A stretch of DNA of 33,510 bases from a virus (IMGVR_UViG_3300033076_000279:1-33510), one strand, 5' to 3'; shown: positions 18,501 to 26,320, counted from the stretch's first letter. Made by a program: numbers and translations. The notes: generated by a model not told the origin, from the letters alone.

Positions 18501-21500
18501 CTTGTTTTTGTTCTTTATGTTGTTCTAAAGCAATACCCAATCTTAAAAGCTGTGCAGGAGTAAGATGATCATGTTTACCTTCTTCTAATTCTCCTGACTC
18601 CAATTCTTCTGGAGTTAACTCAGCTATTGCCATTAAATGACTTTGAGTATCTTTAGTCTCAGGATTATTTAAGTTTGTTCTTGCTTCTGTAACTGCTTCT
18701 TCTTCAGATAAGATAGTTCTGGTACTTAACTCACTCTCGATATCTTCCATCAATTGAGGTGTACTTACTAAAGAAAAAGGTTTAGTCTCCTCTAACTGAG
18801 GACCTATTGGAGTAACTGCTTTTTGCTCAAGATCTTGTAAAATAGGAAGGAAAGAATCTTTTGCTAACTGTAACTCTAGTAAAGTAATCTGTTGAGGATT
18901 CTCTTCTAACAATTGTTGAAATCCATCTATTCTATCTGCAATAGTTGCATTTACTCTCTCTTGGAATTTATTGTACTGAGCAGTTAAGAACTCATATCGT
19001 GGATCATTCTCAGGAACTTGAGAAACTGCAGAGCTAGTCTGAGAAGCAACAGTTAATAAATCAATTAAAGAAGTATTAGGATTCTCTGCTGCACTTGCTT
19101 TCTTATCAAACTGTTTAGATAAGATTTCTTGTTTCTCAACCTCCGTAAGTCCAGCATATTTATCAGCATTGTTCTTGAGAGTCAAAAGAATATTAGAAGT
19201 AGACTGTAAAGAATCTTCATAAGCTTTAAGTTCTTCTGCACTTAAAGAAGTAGGATCTACTGTAAGAAGTTCTTCTTGGAATAGAACATTATTAAAGAAA
19301 CTTACTTGAGCCTCACGATCATCCAATAAGGTAGACAGATCTTTAATATTAACAATGTCCTGCATAGAGTTTAATCTGTTAGCAAGATTGTCGATTGCAG
19401 CTAACTGCTTTATTCTTTCTTCTGGAGAGATCTTATTGTCTTGAAATTTTTTATTTACAAATGCTTTATAAGTTTCTGGATTATTTGCAATGTTCCATCT
19501 AGCCTGATCTCTCCTATCCATGTAAGCAGAACGTACTTGTGTCTGCCCTCCAATCTTTGTTTTGTAAGAAGCAGAAGACTGTATCCCTGAGATAAATAAA
19601 GATGGAATAAATCCTTCTACAAACGTAGATAAGGCATTGTCCCAAGTCAGTTCATTGTCTTGTTGAACTTCAAAGTTTTTTGTTGCAGCATACTTATCTA
19701 TAATATGATTGCCTAACAAAGAACCTAATTCTTCTATAGACTCTTGTGTTGCCCCAGATAATGTTTTTCTAACTAATGCTGGAGCCACAAGTAATGCTGC
19801 ATTTAATTTACTAATAGCATTATTTGGGACTAAACCCATGAGTAGGTCTCTTTTTGCAGTGAGCCTAGTAAAGTCTAATGGAATCTTATCTCCTATCTTT
19901 TTAAATAAAGGATCTAAAGGTCCACCTACTGAACCTGCTTTAAAAAATTGAGTTTCAGGAATAATTGTCTCACTTAATCCCTCTACAAAGGCTCTGCCTA
20001 AAGCAACCTTTAGAGCACTGTCATTATCTTTAAAGTTAGATTTTTCTTCTGCATAAAACCTTGGAAAGGTAGTTGCTGTTACGTTTCCAAAAGTAGCAAT
20101 ACGAGGAGCTACGCTTTTTAAGAAGAAAGCACTCTGCTCTGCATTCATACCAGACTTAACAGCAATATTACTCCAAGATAAATTAGATGCCCTTGCAACT
20201 TTACCTACTCCCCTAGATAATAAGATAGTTGTTGCTACATCTGTAGCAATAGGAAGTACTTGTTCAAAGGGTGCAGCCCAGTTGTAAGTATATTCTCCAT
20301 TTGGATTTTGATATCTCCACTGACTAGTAGAGACCTTGTTTCCGTATATATCTCTCTTAATCTCGAATTCGTCTAGCTTGTTATTCTTATTTAAATCTTG
20401 TCCTACAAAAAAGCTAGGGGGCGCAATAGACTCTGCTGTCTGTCTTAAATTAAACCCAGTAGCATCTGCTCCTATTAGGTCTACTACTCCTGCTGCAGTC
20501 TTTACTAGGTTTGATGCAGTATACTTGACATTATTAGCTGCTATGTCAAATAACCCTGTACCTGATTGGTTACGTAATACCTCTGCTCTTTCCTTGTCTA
20601 TTTTTTCTGTATGTAAAGTTGGATAAAACTGTTTAAGGTATTTATCTTCATTTGTGTACGGACTTAACTTTGCCTGTAAATCTTTGGTAAGTTTTAGGTT
20701 TCCTTGTAATGCAGCTTTCTGACTAAGCAGTTGTTCTCTAGTAGAACCAGTAACTGATTTTATTTGTTTGTCTAGCTCTGCTATACTATTAGTAAACTCT
20801 AACTCCTTATTCCGTAATGCAGCTACTTGTGCATTAGTGTAATCTAGTGCTAACTGAGAAGCAATCTTATCACTTTGAACCTGTCCTGTTTTATATAACT
20901 CTAAATCTTCTGCGTTATATAACTTCGATCCAAATTGTTTAGAGTCTAAATCAGCTAAATAATCAATAGTTTCTTTAACATTACCGTTAGGTCCTTGTAA
21001 AGTGAATATGGAGTTTTTATTCTTTCCTAAATTATTTAGGACAGATTGTTTTTGATCTACGTTAGCGTTAGCAAAATAGTCATCAATATTTACTTTGGCT
21101 TGTTTTACAGAATTGTAAGTCTTAGCTGTTGCAATAATGTCTGCATAAGCTTTTTGTAGATCTAATAAAGGTTTACCTTCTAACTTCTGTGATGCTTCGT
21201 TGAACTTATTATAAAGTTCATCCATTGCTTTTAAAGACTCTTGTAAAGAACCTTCCTTAAGAGTTTTTTGAAATATAGATGCTGCCTTTGTAATGTCTGC
21301 AGATGTAGAAAGTCCTTTAACATCGCCTAATTGTTTTTCATCTGATATCTTTCCAACTCCGTAAGCACCTTGTAGTCTTCCTGCTAAAGAAGTATCAAGT
21401 AAAGAATCTACAGAAAGAAACTTACCTAAGTTGTCTGCTAACAGTTTTTCTTGTACAGGAACAACTGGTGTAGTTAAGGCATTAATTGCCGCTACTTCTT

Positions 21501-21600
21501 GTTCGTTACGAAGAATATCAGAATGTATTTGCTCTGAAGTTTTACCTGTTTTTTCTAGGTGTATCTTATCAATCTCGTTTCTTAGAGGATTAAAAGGCAT
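9577..21600 (-). CDS. Virion-packaged DNA-dependent RNA polymerase (crAss-like, double-psi beta-barrel), fused to an N-terminal ejection region and a zincin domain
   Basis: 4007 aa. Catalytic GSDYDIDK (DxDxD at aa 3181-3185, nt 12046-12060) preceded by 'IRVPGQGYNSM' (R-x-P, aa 3142), and HEAWH at aa 1799-1803 with 'EERLAEDF'. Gene order matches phi14:2/crAss-like vRNAP loci. Confidence 0.88.
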   Translation of the reverse strand: MPFNPLRNEIDKIHLEKTGKTSEQIHSDILRNEQEVAAINALTTPVVPVQEKLLADNLGKFLSVDSLLDTSLAGRLQGAYGVGKISDEKQLGDVKGLSTSADITKAASIFQKTLKEGSLQESLKAMDELYNKFNEASQKLEGKPLLDLQKAYADIIATAKTYNSVKQAKVNIDDYFANANVDQKQSVLNNLGKNKNSIFTLQGPNGNVKETIDYLADLDSKQFGSKLYNAEDLELYKTGQVQSDKIASQLALDYTNAQVAALRNKELEFTNSIAELDKQIKSVTGSTREQLLSQKAALQGNLKLTKDLQAKLSPYTNEDKYLKQFYPTLHTEKIDKERAEVLRNQSGTGLFDIAANNVKYTASNLVKTAAGVVDLIGADATGFNLRQTAESIAPPSFFVGQDLNKNNKLDEFEIKRDIYGNKVSTSQWRYQNPNGEYTYNWAAPFEQVLPIATDVATTILLSRGVGKVARASNLSWSNIAVKSGMNAEQSAFFLKSVAPRIATFGNVTATTFPRFYAEEKSNFKDNDSALKVALGRAFVEGLSETIIPETQFFKAGSVGGPLDPLFKKIGDKIPLDFTRLTAKRDLLMGLVPNNAISKLNAALLVAPALVRKTLSGATQESIEELGSLLGNHIIDKYAATKNFEVQQDNELTWDNALSTFVEGFIPSLFISGIQSSASYKTKIGGQTQVRSAYMDRRDQARWNIANNPETYKAFVNKKFQDNKISPEERIKQLAAIDNLANRLNSMQDIVNIKDLSTLLDDREAQVSFFNNVLFQEELLTVDPTSLSAEELKAYEDSLQSTSNILLTLKNNADKYAGLTEVEKQEILSKQFDKKASAAENPNTSLIDLLTVASQTSSAVSQVPENDPRYEFLTAQYNKFQERVNATIADRIDGFQQLLEENPQQITLLELQLAKDSFLPILQDLEQKAVTPIGPQLEETKPFSLVSTPQLMEDIESELSTRTILSEEEAVTEARTNLNNPETKDTQSHLMAIAELTPEELESGELEEGKHDHLTPAQLLRLGIALEQHKEQKQESPETPTILEQQREYVLNNSYKIATNGLDTANAVNKIIEMNKAILNKEEPVTSTSSFQPASNKTEEPTPTPVTNIPGERPSVDQDVYNTFAQYLAEANVALNNPDFDDEEAKRFFSGVIRDLVTKLGEFKTLNEVRSALLGFFPTYINQIESTFDLALQGTVDVSALPFGPKQKQRVFDLVTTLVNNNQITPDATTTTTEDGKVEEVLDTPTDEDTTVADNFDLAQDIQSQEIQSAEYTGKGLRLNMVSLGKDDKAIDDFPVTLSYNILNAYSENKRSGKSTDLNVRIQSMMGIYEFVLSPAAVQGLKELQSKTSLTDEEKDLLVGYLTVNGKLIHDAGFINYVKEKPSAIGTGVGTTFIDSRGNLLRFTDKGQPSKAKKSFVSINVLARDKADVATTQIRTLADNGKIITSPIIDIAPGMDKPMPLSSITNETIYVHTDSITLEEKGVGKSYFVRPGSVHVVNEDARNKYTGVIIPTNGNSIQALVNAFNEGTLPKELDESIRTNATEFLNYISRQINSTRVKVDPEKSKLAIRYFKGANLYLSSTNDNKIVVKAKPNKNLQKTKDQQADLLKLGEKSYKLVDARLLKDNKPFTALVVSGNNVIAKQYNSYTDYVKSPEFGAFIKREENRKLVFSSDYTVVEPEVNVTNDNIEVIDVVESIPTQTSEVTDTTPTPKTLTVRDRLNRMGPAELPGEAPELFRRRTLSNKINAKQKAAAKNWVANHPIFKNTTFIFDNTLSHPEAYASWSKAGIFLYEGANYAEAYHEAWHEFSQFYLTPEQKESLYAQARTIYGELPFVELEERLAEDFRAYALSKGKTLPENIKKNKDAKSIFTKIWDFLTNFFTDKKTVDHYFGRLYKGNISQFKRNEANAYFKTLYSGKFTYYDQDGMPNSLSFRDSKALLDDVDSLYTFVANNVFKGRGQSFVNIVATAKNANSVYPYIGQYLEERYNELLEEYNKTKNVDLVPQIDSIVDMYDRFGSIVQYHKQNSTLFDDKIKRELVNTQVDELEKANTEFATFESSVNEVSQKQLASQVLINALKTLPRYDNGVEVLHPVFGIPLIGDFTTNWNILQRTLSGANSYAELYSRVEGLTETYPQFKQFLNYLPTDNAAIKLISSMNFKNEFNRIFSMPYIEGYTTEIKRNEEGEISDVRVFQAQSLDTKNIRDSYDTQFALNLSPYSLVNTELGTFYLNTEKYFNNFPGVPAVPKDEENHREYNQGLYDMLKPLGFKLSPNSVELFINEDANVQSRRVNLIYNKLKSLSETKKYITTPLASLSTEHTVEIDGSVKKIGGENSSVSSIIQYEVDANPQYVNDMRYNAAQKQIWSVNQHTYMTKVVSVLNDSELYPTLDDVIKEFPHLDPENNPNVRGSFILSYLFNSAGKRISDKVFGKETPRKVELGNLLGIKELNEGEKTIDSKESQKHFADIVGFVKSGIEEINRLSGKATTRGLVLDNRLREYLGFTVSENETDPFAVSGTPQIPYSFFKERILPLINAEVANTVKGSANFTIKPIDDDGSPKLAYFHKIFSSEQRNALLSAYKVSDNTKSLSDVFESIPQAKEIFNAFRGYISEQASYSEEVLGNEYPVSKTDLLKYHFFSFVSRIEQHKVFFGHPYYYKNAKDIEKRLSMWNAFGSYPTLDKQNLDFLNSSESGLTMQSQREAYQAYASKKGIKVNPNRANVDQISYLVLADEPVNSLTAKASKFYGKNKEAYVNNTDAAKQDAAAFCTLDFYRKFYALSTGITFEMSQEFKRQDTIYKKYLELETAEDYQVAAITEELEAELNKGPFYKFTIKKLQYAGHNKIESGESVPVGHKYSMKPILPSEIIADPALASILGKLHASSADYAVYKSGTKLSETVESVKLFNAKGEVNGKASATGVIDLKNLKEQVLIENKDDFNSIFSTQFRKLVYKDVRTEEEMELYNAYKGIIESLTGFDKLKFLEQLDNKEKLVEMLIREMSRKNVSESTKDLVKLKEDGSLMHNLDSMIDRTIMESAIVSSVKNAIIRQKLPGAQRVQYPVSLIRPGRKLKYYDIVDGKIAKAEAIVSFSKGYYSLLNLVSPIDRQPIGKLDAEGNPIDPYTALTRLNEAINNPRFRETYANQLAMVAIRVPGQGYNSMENFEIVEFLPEESGEIILVPDEMVVKSGSDYDIDKLFCYDPTIARDGTVSTTQRTPEESIAIKNDLLSRLKENKELFREILDEKRALIQELGEILQKRGFDPTTRISQLYEELKSYKHADENELADSGVITEADLLKLKERLEKGVETEKSEKVNTINTRISKLRAVLGEIFATDLSAELTEINEELSSLSNETNEIKDQLKTLRGNYSNALLLNISERLSQVEIFNDLITPNEISSIAQAVTDFGDLDERKMASLTNIVSPLYQLYVFSLNTYKTSLGTDAKNNVFHSMLQKTTFYREDELGTRNYLLDSNRTPEGYINFSEINDVDGKRISYLSGQMISAHVDIEKNDGIARINLNNVVTPIVNYVLMAGTRFNDIVKLINMTPAIISYSKGKDLNSILDSIRENAPQGNIVIDLLKQSEDKYGNYSRNKLKNTVLKHLFGNVERTTAAKLLLTEEGSLGELRRFVQFLELEDQARDLATVSLSTDYDTFSPQNFESFRSNVIDLIPYLKETGDKSKIFNKKGLQDIISNTVVSPFQVQQEVLDKFVEVFPVSANSALTNKILSEFAKVKEVNRRLDYDRFSRTFKNDLLYTLFINNVPEASKFETYVDKTNPGNIGAMFINLKSRLKARGIEADNIMFDIMTVSSDKNSKYIRTGVLDTDLDYSVDMYKEAFEQGFNWSNPALDPTKEADANLIGDMQGFFKAFAYAGIIGSQLNKRFDSYLPLIPESIYTLPMTDVLNKFSSELDSMLENFGESGFLTDFVKRFNENHPEFRKANQPVSLSYYKDYVLSRPNSVDLTESNIEELTKDQSAQPLASSAVAEQLTLDFETETKSLLEDSFASLRKLNSELSKNC

Positions 21601-21630
21601 AGTTAAGTAAGTTTTTGATTATTTAATTGA

Positions 21631-23181
21631 TTAAAAAGGAAAAGACATCTTTCTTCTTCCAGAATATGTCTCAACAGTATTGCTCTTGGCTATACTTTTT
21701 ATCTGATCTAAATCAGATACATACAGATCTTTAATGTTCTCACCAGTAACTAGGGTGGTCTGTCCATTCTTTAGTTCTACAACATAAGAATCAGAATCTG
21801 TAACACTAGACAAATATTTTAAAAATGATTCTACTGTCTTCTTTTGTTGACCCATAGGAGTAACTGCAAGCACTTTAGATGGATCTTTTATTACTTGCGC
21901 TATAGAAAGTTTGTCTATATCCTTATTTACAGTGGTAGGATCAAACATCATTGGAACATTATAAAAGTCTTGTTGATCAACTTTAGCTAGGTCCATCAGT
22001 TCTTTCTTTTTCTTAAGAAGATTTTCTGGTTTTTGACTTTCTAACTTTTGTTTATACTCCTCTTTTAGTAAGTCATTTCTAAGTGATTGAGCTTGTCTAG
22101 CATCTGCTCTTGCTTCTTTCCAGTATTCGTTACTAATAAGGTCTCTACTTACTTTCTCAGTAGCATACATATTACCCATATTAGTAGCAAATTTATCTTG
22201 GTAAATCTCCATATAATCTCCTAAGTCAAAGTCTTCAAATGAAGTAGCTGCCTTTTGCTCTGCTAATAAACGAGACTGTTCATAGTAAGTAGCTCTTTGT
22301 TTTGCTTGCTCTAATTGACTCTTTATAACGGTAGACTTAGTGGTATTATAAGCTTTCTGAAGTCTGTCTGTCTCTGCTTTGAATAATTTAGCATTCTCTG
22401 CAGCAGTCACTGCTTTTGCTTGCATATCCTCTACATAACCTTGATAAGCATTTTCTTTTCCTACTTGTTCCAAGCTATAGCCAGCATCCATTTGGAATTG
22501 TCTTAACTTATTAGGATCACTTGCAATAAATGCTTTAAACTTGTTTGCTAAGTCGGTAGCATCAAATCCTTCTGTAGTTATCTTTTCAATATAAGCAGGT
22601 CCCATAGCAGACTGCATATTAAAAGATTCACTTTGATTTGGTTTTTGAGTCTTCATAAACTCCATCCAATCCTTGGAAAGATCTACGTACGGAGTATACT
22701 CTTTTCCATAACTAAGTTTCTGACCTAACTTACCACTGTTTACATAGTCATTAACATCTTTCATGTAGTAGAAGTCATTGACTACACTACGTTCTCCTGG
22801 TTTCATTTTAGAAAGCTGATCTTGTCTACGAGCAACTTCTTTACCGTTTGATATAGCTGTTAAGATGTATTGATCTCTTTCTAAAGGCTTTCCGACATTA
22901 AGAACAGCTTGTACGTTTGCCTTATTAGAAAAGTCTAATCCTGCACTAGAACTAATAGAACGGACTAGGTTAGCCATACTCTTATCAAAGTATTCTTTTT
23001 CTACATCTGTAAGAATAGAACTTCTAAGATTATGATATGTATCTATACTCTGTTGTACCTTAGCTACTCCTTCATCATACATCTCCTGTTTCTTCTGAGC
23101 AAACTTAAGTAAGTCGTCAGCTGGAAGTGGAGAGATATAATCTGGATACTCAAATTTGGTATGTTGTGCTGAAATTGGCAT
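21631..23181 (-). CDS. Helical virion cargo/ejection protein, 516 aa
   Basis: N-terminal 'YISPLPADDLLKFAQKKQEMYD' and coiled-coil character. Lies immediately upstream of the vRNAP, the position of the smaller ejected protein in crAss-like phages. Confidence 0.6.
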   Translation of the reverse strand: MPISAQHTKFEYPDYISPLPADDLLKFAQKKQEMYDEGVAKVQQSIDTYHNLRSSILTDVEKEYFDKSMANLVRSISSSAGLDFSNKANVQAVLNVGKPLERDQYILTAISNGKEVARRQDQLSKMKPGERSVVNDFYYMKDVNDYVNSGKLGQKLSYGKEYTPYVDLSKDWMEFMKTQKPNQSESFNMQSAMGPAYIEKITTEGFDATDLANKFKAFIASDPNKLRQFQMDAGYSLEQVGKENAYQGYVEDMQAKAVTAAENAKLFKAETDRLQKAYNTTKSTVIKSQLEQAKQRATYYEQSRLLAEQKAATSFEDFDLGDYMEIYQDKFATNMGNMYATEKVSRDLISNEYWKEARADARQAQSLRNDLLKEEYKQKLESQKPENLLKKKKELMDLAKVDQQDFYNVPMMFDPTTVNKDIDKLSIAQVIKDPSKVLAVTPMGQQKKTVESFLKYLSSVTDSDSYVVELKNGQTTLVTGENIKDLYVSDLDQIKSIAKSNTVETYSGRRKMSFPF

Positions 23182-23192
23182 TGGTCTTAGTT

Positions 23193-25397
23193 TTATTTTT
23201 TATACATTCCTTTTTTACCCTTGGGTTTTTCAGCAGCTTTTTTAGCATCTTGCTCTTTCATGTAGTTATACATTTCAAAAGCAGCTCTCATACCTTCAGG
23301 TAAAGACATTTCTCCTGTTGAGCTTACATTAAATCCAGGAGCAACAATAGGAATACCCATAGCTTTTAAGTTTTCGTCCTGTACAAATTTAGCTTTTTTA
23401 TTTACTAAACTAGCTATTGCTGCTTGTTTTTCTGCAGATTGTGCATCTCTTGCTTGACCTACTAAATTATTATATACTTTATCAAACGCTCCTGCATTAA
23501 ATTGATCTGCTTGAAACTTCATTTGTGCATTAGCAATATCAGCTCTAGAGCGGCCTTCAGCATCGTAATTCTGTTTAGTCTGAAAAGCTTTTTGCTTAGC
23601 GTCCAATCCTGCAATGTATGCCATATTAGGATCTGCTCCACCTCTAATAGCTGCTGTACCCATGTTGTCGATGTCCTGAAGTTGACTTTGAATATTTAAA
23701 GTCTGAGGACGAATATAAGGAGCATCTATTTCAGGTATAGCATAAGAATAGATTTCTTGTGCTTGTGCTAATCCCATTGCTTCAGGAATTGCTTGATATG
23801 CAGGAAAGTTGCCAGGAATGTATTTACCAGTCTTAGGTTTTTCTACTTCTCCTATTTGTGTACCTGATGTATCTTGCTGAGCATTATTATCTGTAGTAGT
23901 AGACTTTTTTGGTTCAAAGTTAGGCAACTGTCTTGATGCAGTATATAAACCTAACTTAGAGTCAATAGAACGTTGACTACCTTCTTCAGGAATAAAACCC
24001 ATTTCAGAAGCAAACTTGTCTGCTTCTTCTGGAGTGTATCCTGCCTTTAATGCTCTATTTCTGACCTCTTCAGTATAAGCAACTTGTGCTCTACGCATTT
24101 GATCTTTATTTTTAGGATCAAAGGTTTCTCCTTGTGCTTCTAGGTCTTTAATAAACCAATCGTAATTCTTTTTAAATAAATCTAAGTTTGACTCCTGACC
24201 ATAGACTCCTGAGGGAAGTGTAGACTGAAGCCCAGGAACTTCTGCAATTAACAAATTAGTCTTAGGATCCATCTTAGCAACTTTAGCACGAGTACCTGGC
24301 TGATAAGTAGGAATAGGTTCTTTAACATCTGCACCTTGTTCCATCTCTAAAGATGCGGCTTCTCTTTTAGCTAGACCACCATATTGCATTTCTGCAATAA
24401 TCTTAGCTTGTACATAACCAGGTAATGCTTTAAATCCTGGGTTATCTATACCTGCCCCATTCTTAGCTTCTAGTTCTCCATTAGAGTTACCATTCAGTAA
24501 TTGTTGATCTCTAAACAAATCATCTAGAATCTTTTGATTACGTTGCATCATTAGGCTAGCAGTGTCTTTATCTACTTGCTTAGCAAAAGGGTTATCTAAG
24601 ATCTTCTTATAACTAGTAGTATCATAGTTCTTAGCAATCTGAGCAAAAGTCTTCTTAGATCCTTCTGGTTTTAGATTATTAGAATATACACGAGTTTGAT
24701 CTGGCAAGTTAGTAGGGATACCTCCATTATCATGAGAAGGTCCTTCAGCCATTTCTGTCTCTAAGTTAGGAAGTTGGATAAACTCTCCACCCTCAATTTC
24801 TACATTGTTAATGCCATCACTAGCATAACGTTTATTTATTTTTGCACCCATTTCGGCTTTTATTACAGGTTGATACTCTGTACCTCCACTAGTAGTACGA
24901 CCATACATATAGTTATAGTCATATAGAGGCTTAGTGTTTCTTTGTTGAATAGATTGAGTAAGCTTACGTTGATTTTCTAAATCTTGGTTATAGGAAAGAA
25001 CTGTGTCAATACCTGCAAGTCCTAAACTAATAAGGCCACTTTCTTGTCCTTTAAATTCGTCTTTTATCTTATCTAATAGACTTTTATCTAATGACCCTGT
25101 ATCACGTTTCTTTGTAAGTTCGTCAGACTTAGAAACTTTTTGTTCTTCAGTAGGTATCTGATTTGCATCTAAGGTAAGATAAGATGGAGTAGTTGTATTT
25201 GGTACCTTAGGATTAACTTTAGTTTGCCAATCCCACTTTTCTGCAGCACTAGAAATATACCCAGGAATATTTAAAAGTTCTCCAGGATTATCAGCATTAT
25301 CTAAAAGCTGTGGATTAGATAAGTTTACAGGCTTAGGATTTAATTCATCCGTATTTCCTCCTGTACCAAACCTTTTAAATAGACGATTTTTTAACAT
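23193..25397 (-). CDS. Virion cargo protein, 734 aa
   Basis: Contains the 'NVEIEGGE' and 'GPSHDNGGI' motifs I associate with crAss-like cargo proteins, a Q/A-rich C-terminal helix and several xxxGG/GA motifs. Confidence 0.6.
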   Translation of the reverse strand: MLKNRLFKRFGTGGNTDELNPKPVNLSNPQLLDNADNPGELLNIPGYISSAAEKWDWQTKVNPKVPNTTTPSYLTLDANQIPTEEQKVSKSDELTKKRDTGSLDKSLLDKIKDEFKGQESGLISLGLAGIDTVLSYNQDLENQRKLTQSIQQRNTKPLYDYNYMYGRTTSGGTEYQPVIKAEMGAKINKRYASDGINNVEIEGGEFIQLPNLETEMAEGPSHDNGGIPTNLPDQTRVYSNNLKPEGSKKTFAQIAKNYDTTSYKKILDNPFAKQVDKDTASLMMQRNQKILDDLFRDQQLLNGNSNGELEAKNGAGIDNPGFKALPGYVQAKIIAEMQYGGLAKREAASLEMEQGADVKEPIPTYQPGTRAKVAKMDPKTNLLIAEVPGLQSTLPSGVYGQESNLDLFKKNYDWFIKDLEAQGETFDPKNKDQMRRAQVAYTEEVRNRALKAGYTPEEADKFASEMGFIPEEGSQRSIDSKLGLYTASRQLPNFEPKKSTTTDNNAQQDTSGTQIGEVEKPKTGKYIPGNFPAYQAIPEAMGLAQAQEIYSYAIPEIDAPYIRPQTLNIQSQLQDIDNMGTAAIRGGADPNMAYIAGLDAKQKAFQTKQNYDAEGRSRADIANAQMKFQADQFNAGAFDKVYNNLVGQARDAQSAEKQAAIASLVNKKAKFVQDENLKAMGIPIVAPGFNVSSTGEMSLPEGMRAAFEMYNYMKEQDAKKAAEKPKGKKGMYKK

Positions 25398-25412
25398 GTT
25401 TTAATGATTAAT

Positions 25413-25437
25413 GTTATTAACTTCAGATGTTAATAAC
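25413..25437. promoter_or_regulatory. Perfect 9-bp inverted repeat in the 5' leader of the cargo/RNAP operon
   Basis: GTTATTAAC-ttcagat-GTTAATAAC between the promoter (25461) and the ATG (25397). Confidence 0.55.
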
Positions 25438-25460
25438 TGCTTGGAAATAAGCTAGTTATA

Positions 25461-25490
25461 CAAATATACAAGATTAATAAAAAAAAGCAA
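25461..25490 (-). promoter_or_regulatory. Bacteroidota sigma-A type promoter (-33/-7) for the cargo/vRNAP operon
   Basis: Minus strand TTG(25490-25488)-N19-TATATTTG(25468-25461), the same spacing as the promoter at 3698-3727. Confidence 0.8.
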
Positions 25491-25509
25491 GGGGTAATTG
25501 CTTACCCCT
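25479..25509 (-). terminator. Rho-independent terminator
   Basis: Minus strand AGGGGTAA-GCAA-TTACCCCT (8-bp stem, GNRA loop), then tgc and T8. The stem contains the stop codon of the 59-aa ORF. Confidence 0.8.
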
Positions 25510-25681
25510 GTCCTCTGCTTCTTTTAAGATAATTCTTGCTGTTCTTGGACTTGGAAGCCCTTGTTTTTGCTACAACCCCTTTCCTTCTGATCTTTGGTTT
25601 AACTTTAAACTTTAGAACTGAAGAGGTTGATTTAGATTTAGAAGACTTAGTAGTCTTAGCGGATTTAGATGGAGCTGCCAT
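25502..25681 (-). CDS. Unannotated 59-aa highly basic K/S/R-rich protein
   Basis: Manual translation: MAAPSKSAKTTKSSKSKSTSSVLKFKVKPKIRRKGVVAKTRASKSKNSKNYLKRSRGQG*. ATG with a long A-rich leader, fills the gap before the terminator, and is just under the ORF-track size cutoff. Confidence 0.8.
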   Translation of the reverse strand: MAAPSKSAKTTKSSKSKSTSSVLKFKVKPKIRRKGVVAKTRASKSKNSKNYLKRSRGQG

Positions 25682-25682
25682 A

Positions 25683-25721
25683 TATTTAGTTTTAGTTTAG
25701 TTATTTTAGTTATTTAGTTTG
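25683..25721. repeat. Imperfect tandem repeat (AACTAAA on minus strand) forming the leader of the 59-aa ORF
   Basis: tatttagttttagtttagttattttagttatttagtttg. Confidence 0.65.
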
Positions 25722-26318
25722 TTAGCACTTCCATCTTCTGCGTGCTTGTCTGATTCTGCTATTAGGATCATTCTGTGTAGCCTGTGAGGATCTACGTAAT
25801 TGACCTAGTGATCTAGCACAATAAGACTTTCTACGCATAGCTGCCTTGCTACCAGGCTTTACCTTACCTGTAACAGCAGTGCTTAGTTTAGAACCAGGAT
25901 TTGCTCTACGATAAGCCATTACACCTTTCTTAGTCATACCTGCTCCTTGTTTTGTAGGACGGTAGTTTGCTCCTGGACCTTTAGTAGTTTTAGGAATGTT
26001 TCCACCCTTAGCCATGTAAGCAGCTTTAAGTTTACCCCCAGACATAAACTTGTAACCGTACTTAGAAGCATCTTGTCTAGCTTCTTGTATGTTACCTTTG
26101 TTAGCAGCTACAAATCTTGCTTTAGCAACTGCAGTAGGCATCTTTCCTCCGTCAGCCATATAAGCACCCTTCTTAGCACTTCTCCAAGTACCTCCCTTAG
26201 ATTTGTAATACTTTGCAGCCCAACCATTTGCATATGCACTTGGGTATACATCAAACTTTTGTCTAGCTAGAGACTTTGCTCTAGACCATAGTCCTGGGTT
26301 ATTAGGTTTATTAGCCAT
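25722..26318 (-). CDS. Basic modular phage protein, 198 aa
   Basis: N-terminal 'KFDVYPSAYANGW' module and C-terminal 'RRKSYCARS...SRIRQARRRWKC' module, both resembling small uncharacterised viral families, joined by MxxGG linkers. Confidence 0.75.
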   Translation of the reverse strand: MANKPNNPGLWSRAKSLARQKFDVYPSAYANGWAAKYYKSKGGTWRSAKKGAYMADGGKMPTAVAKARFVAANKGNIQEARQDASKYGYKFMSGGKLKAAYMAKGGNIPKTTKGPGANYRPTKQGAGMTKKGVMAYRRANPGSKLSTAVTGKVKPGSKAAMRRKSYCARSLGQLRRSSQATQNDPNSRIRQARRRWKC

Positions 26319-26320
26319 TG

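Noticed and set aside
9577-21600. Intein or group I intron in the RNAP gene, as is common in crAss-like phages
   Set aside because: The frame is continuous, and I saw no LAGLIDADG/HNH motif or C...HN-(C/S/T) intein ends.
2298-23181. Shared N-terminal MPIS in the 516-aa protein and the phosphoesterase
   Set aside because: Only four residues in functionally unrelated proteins, so likely chance.
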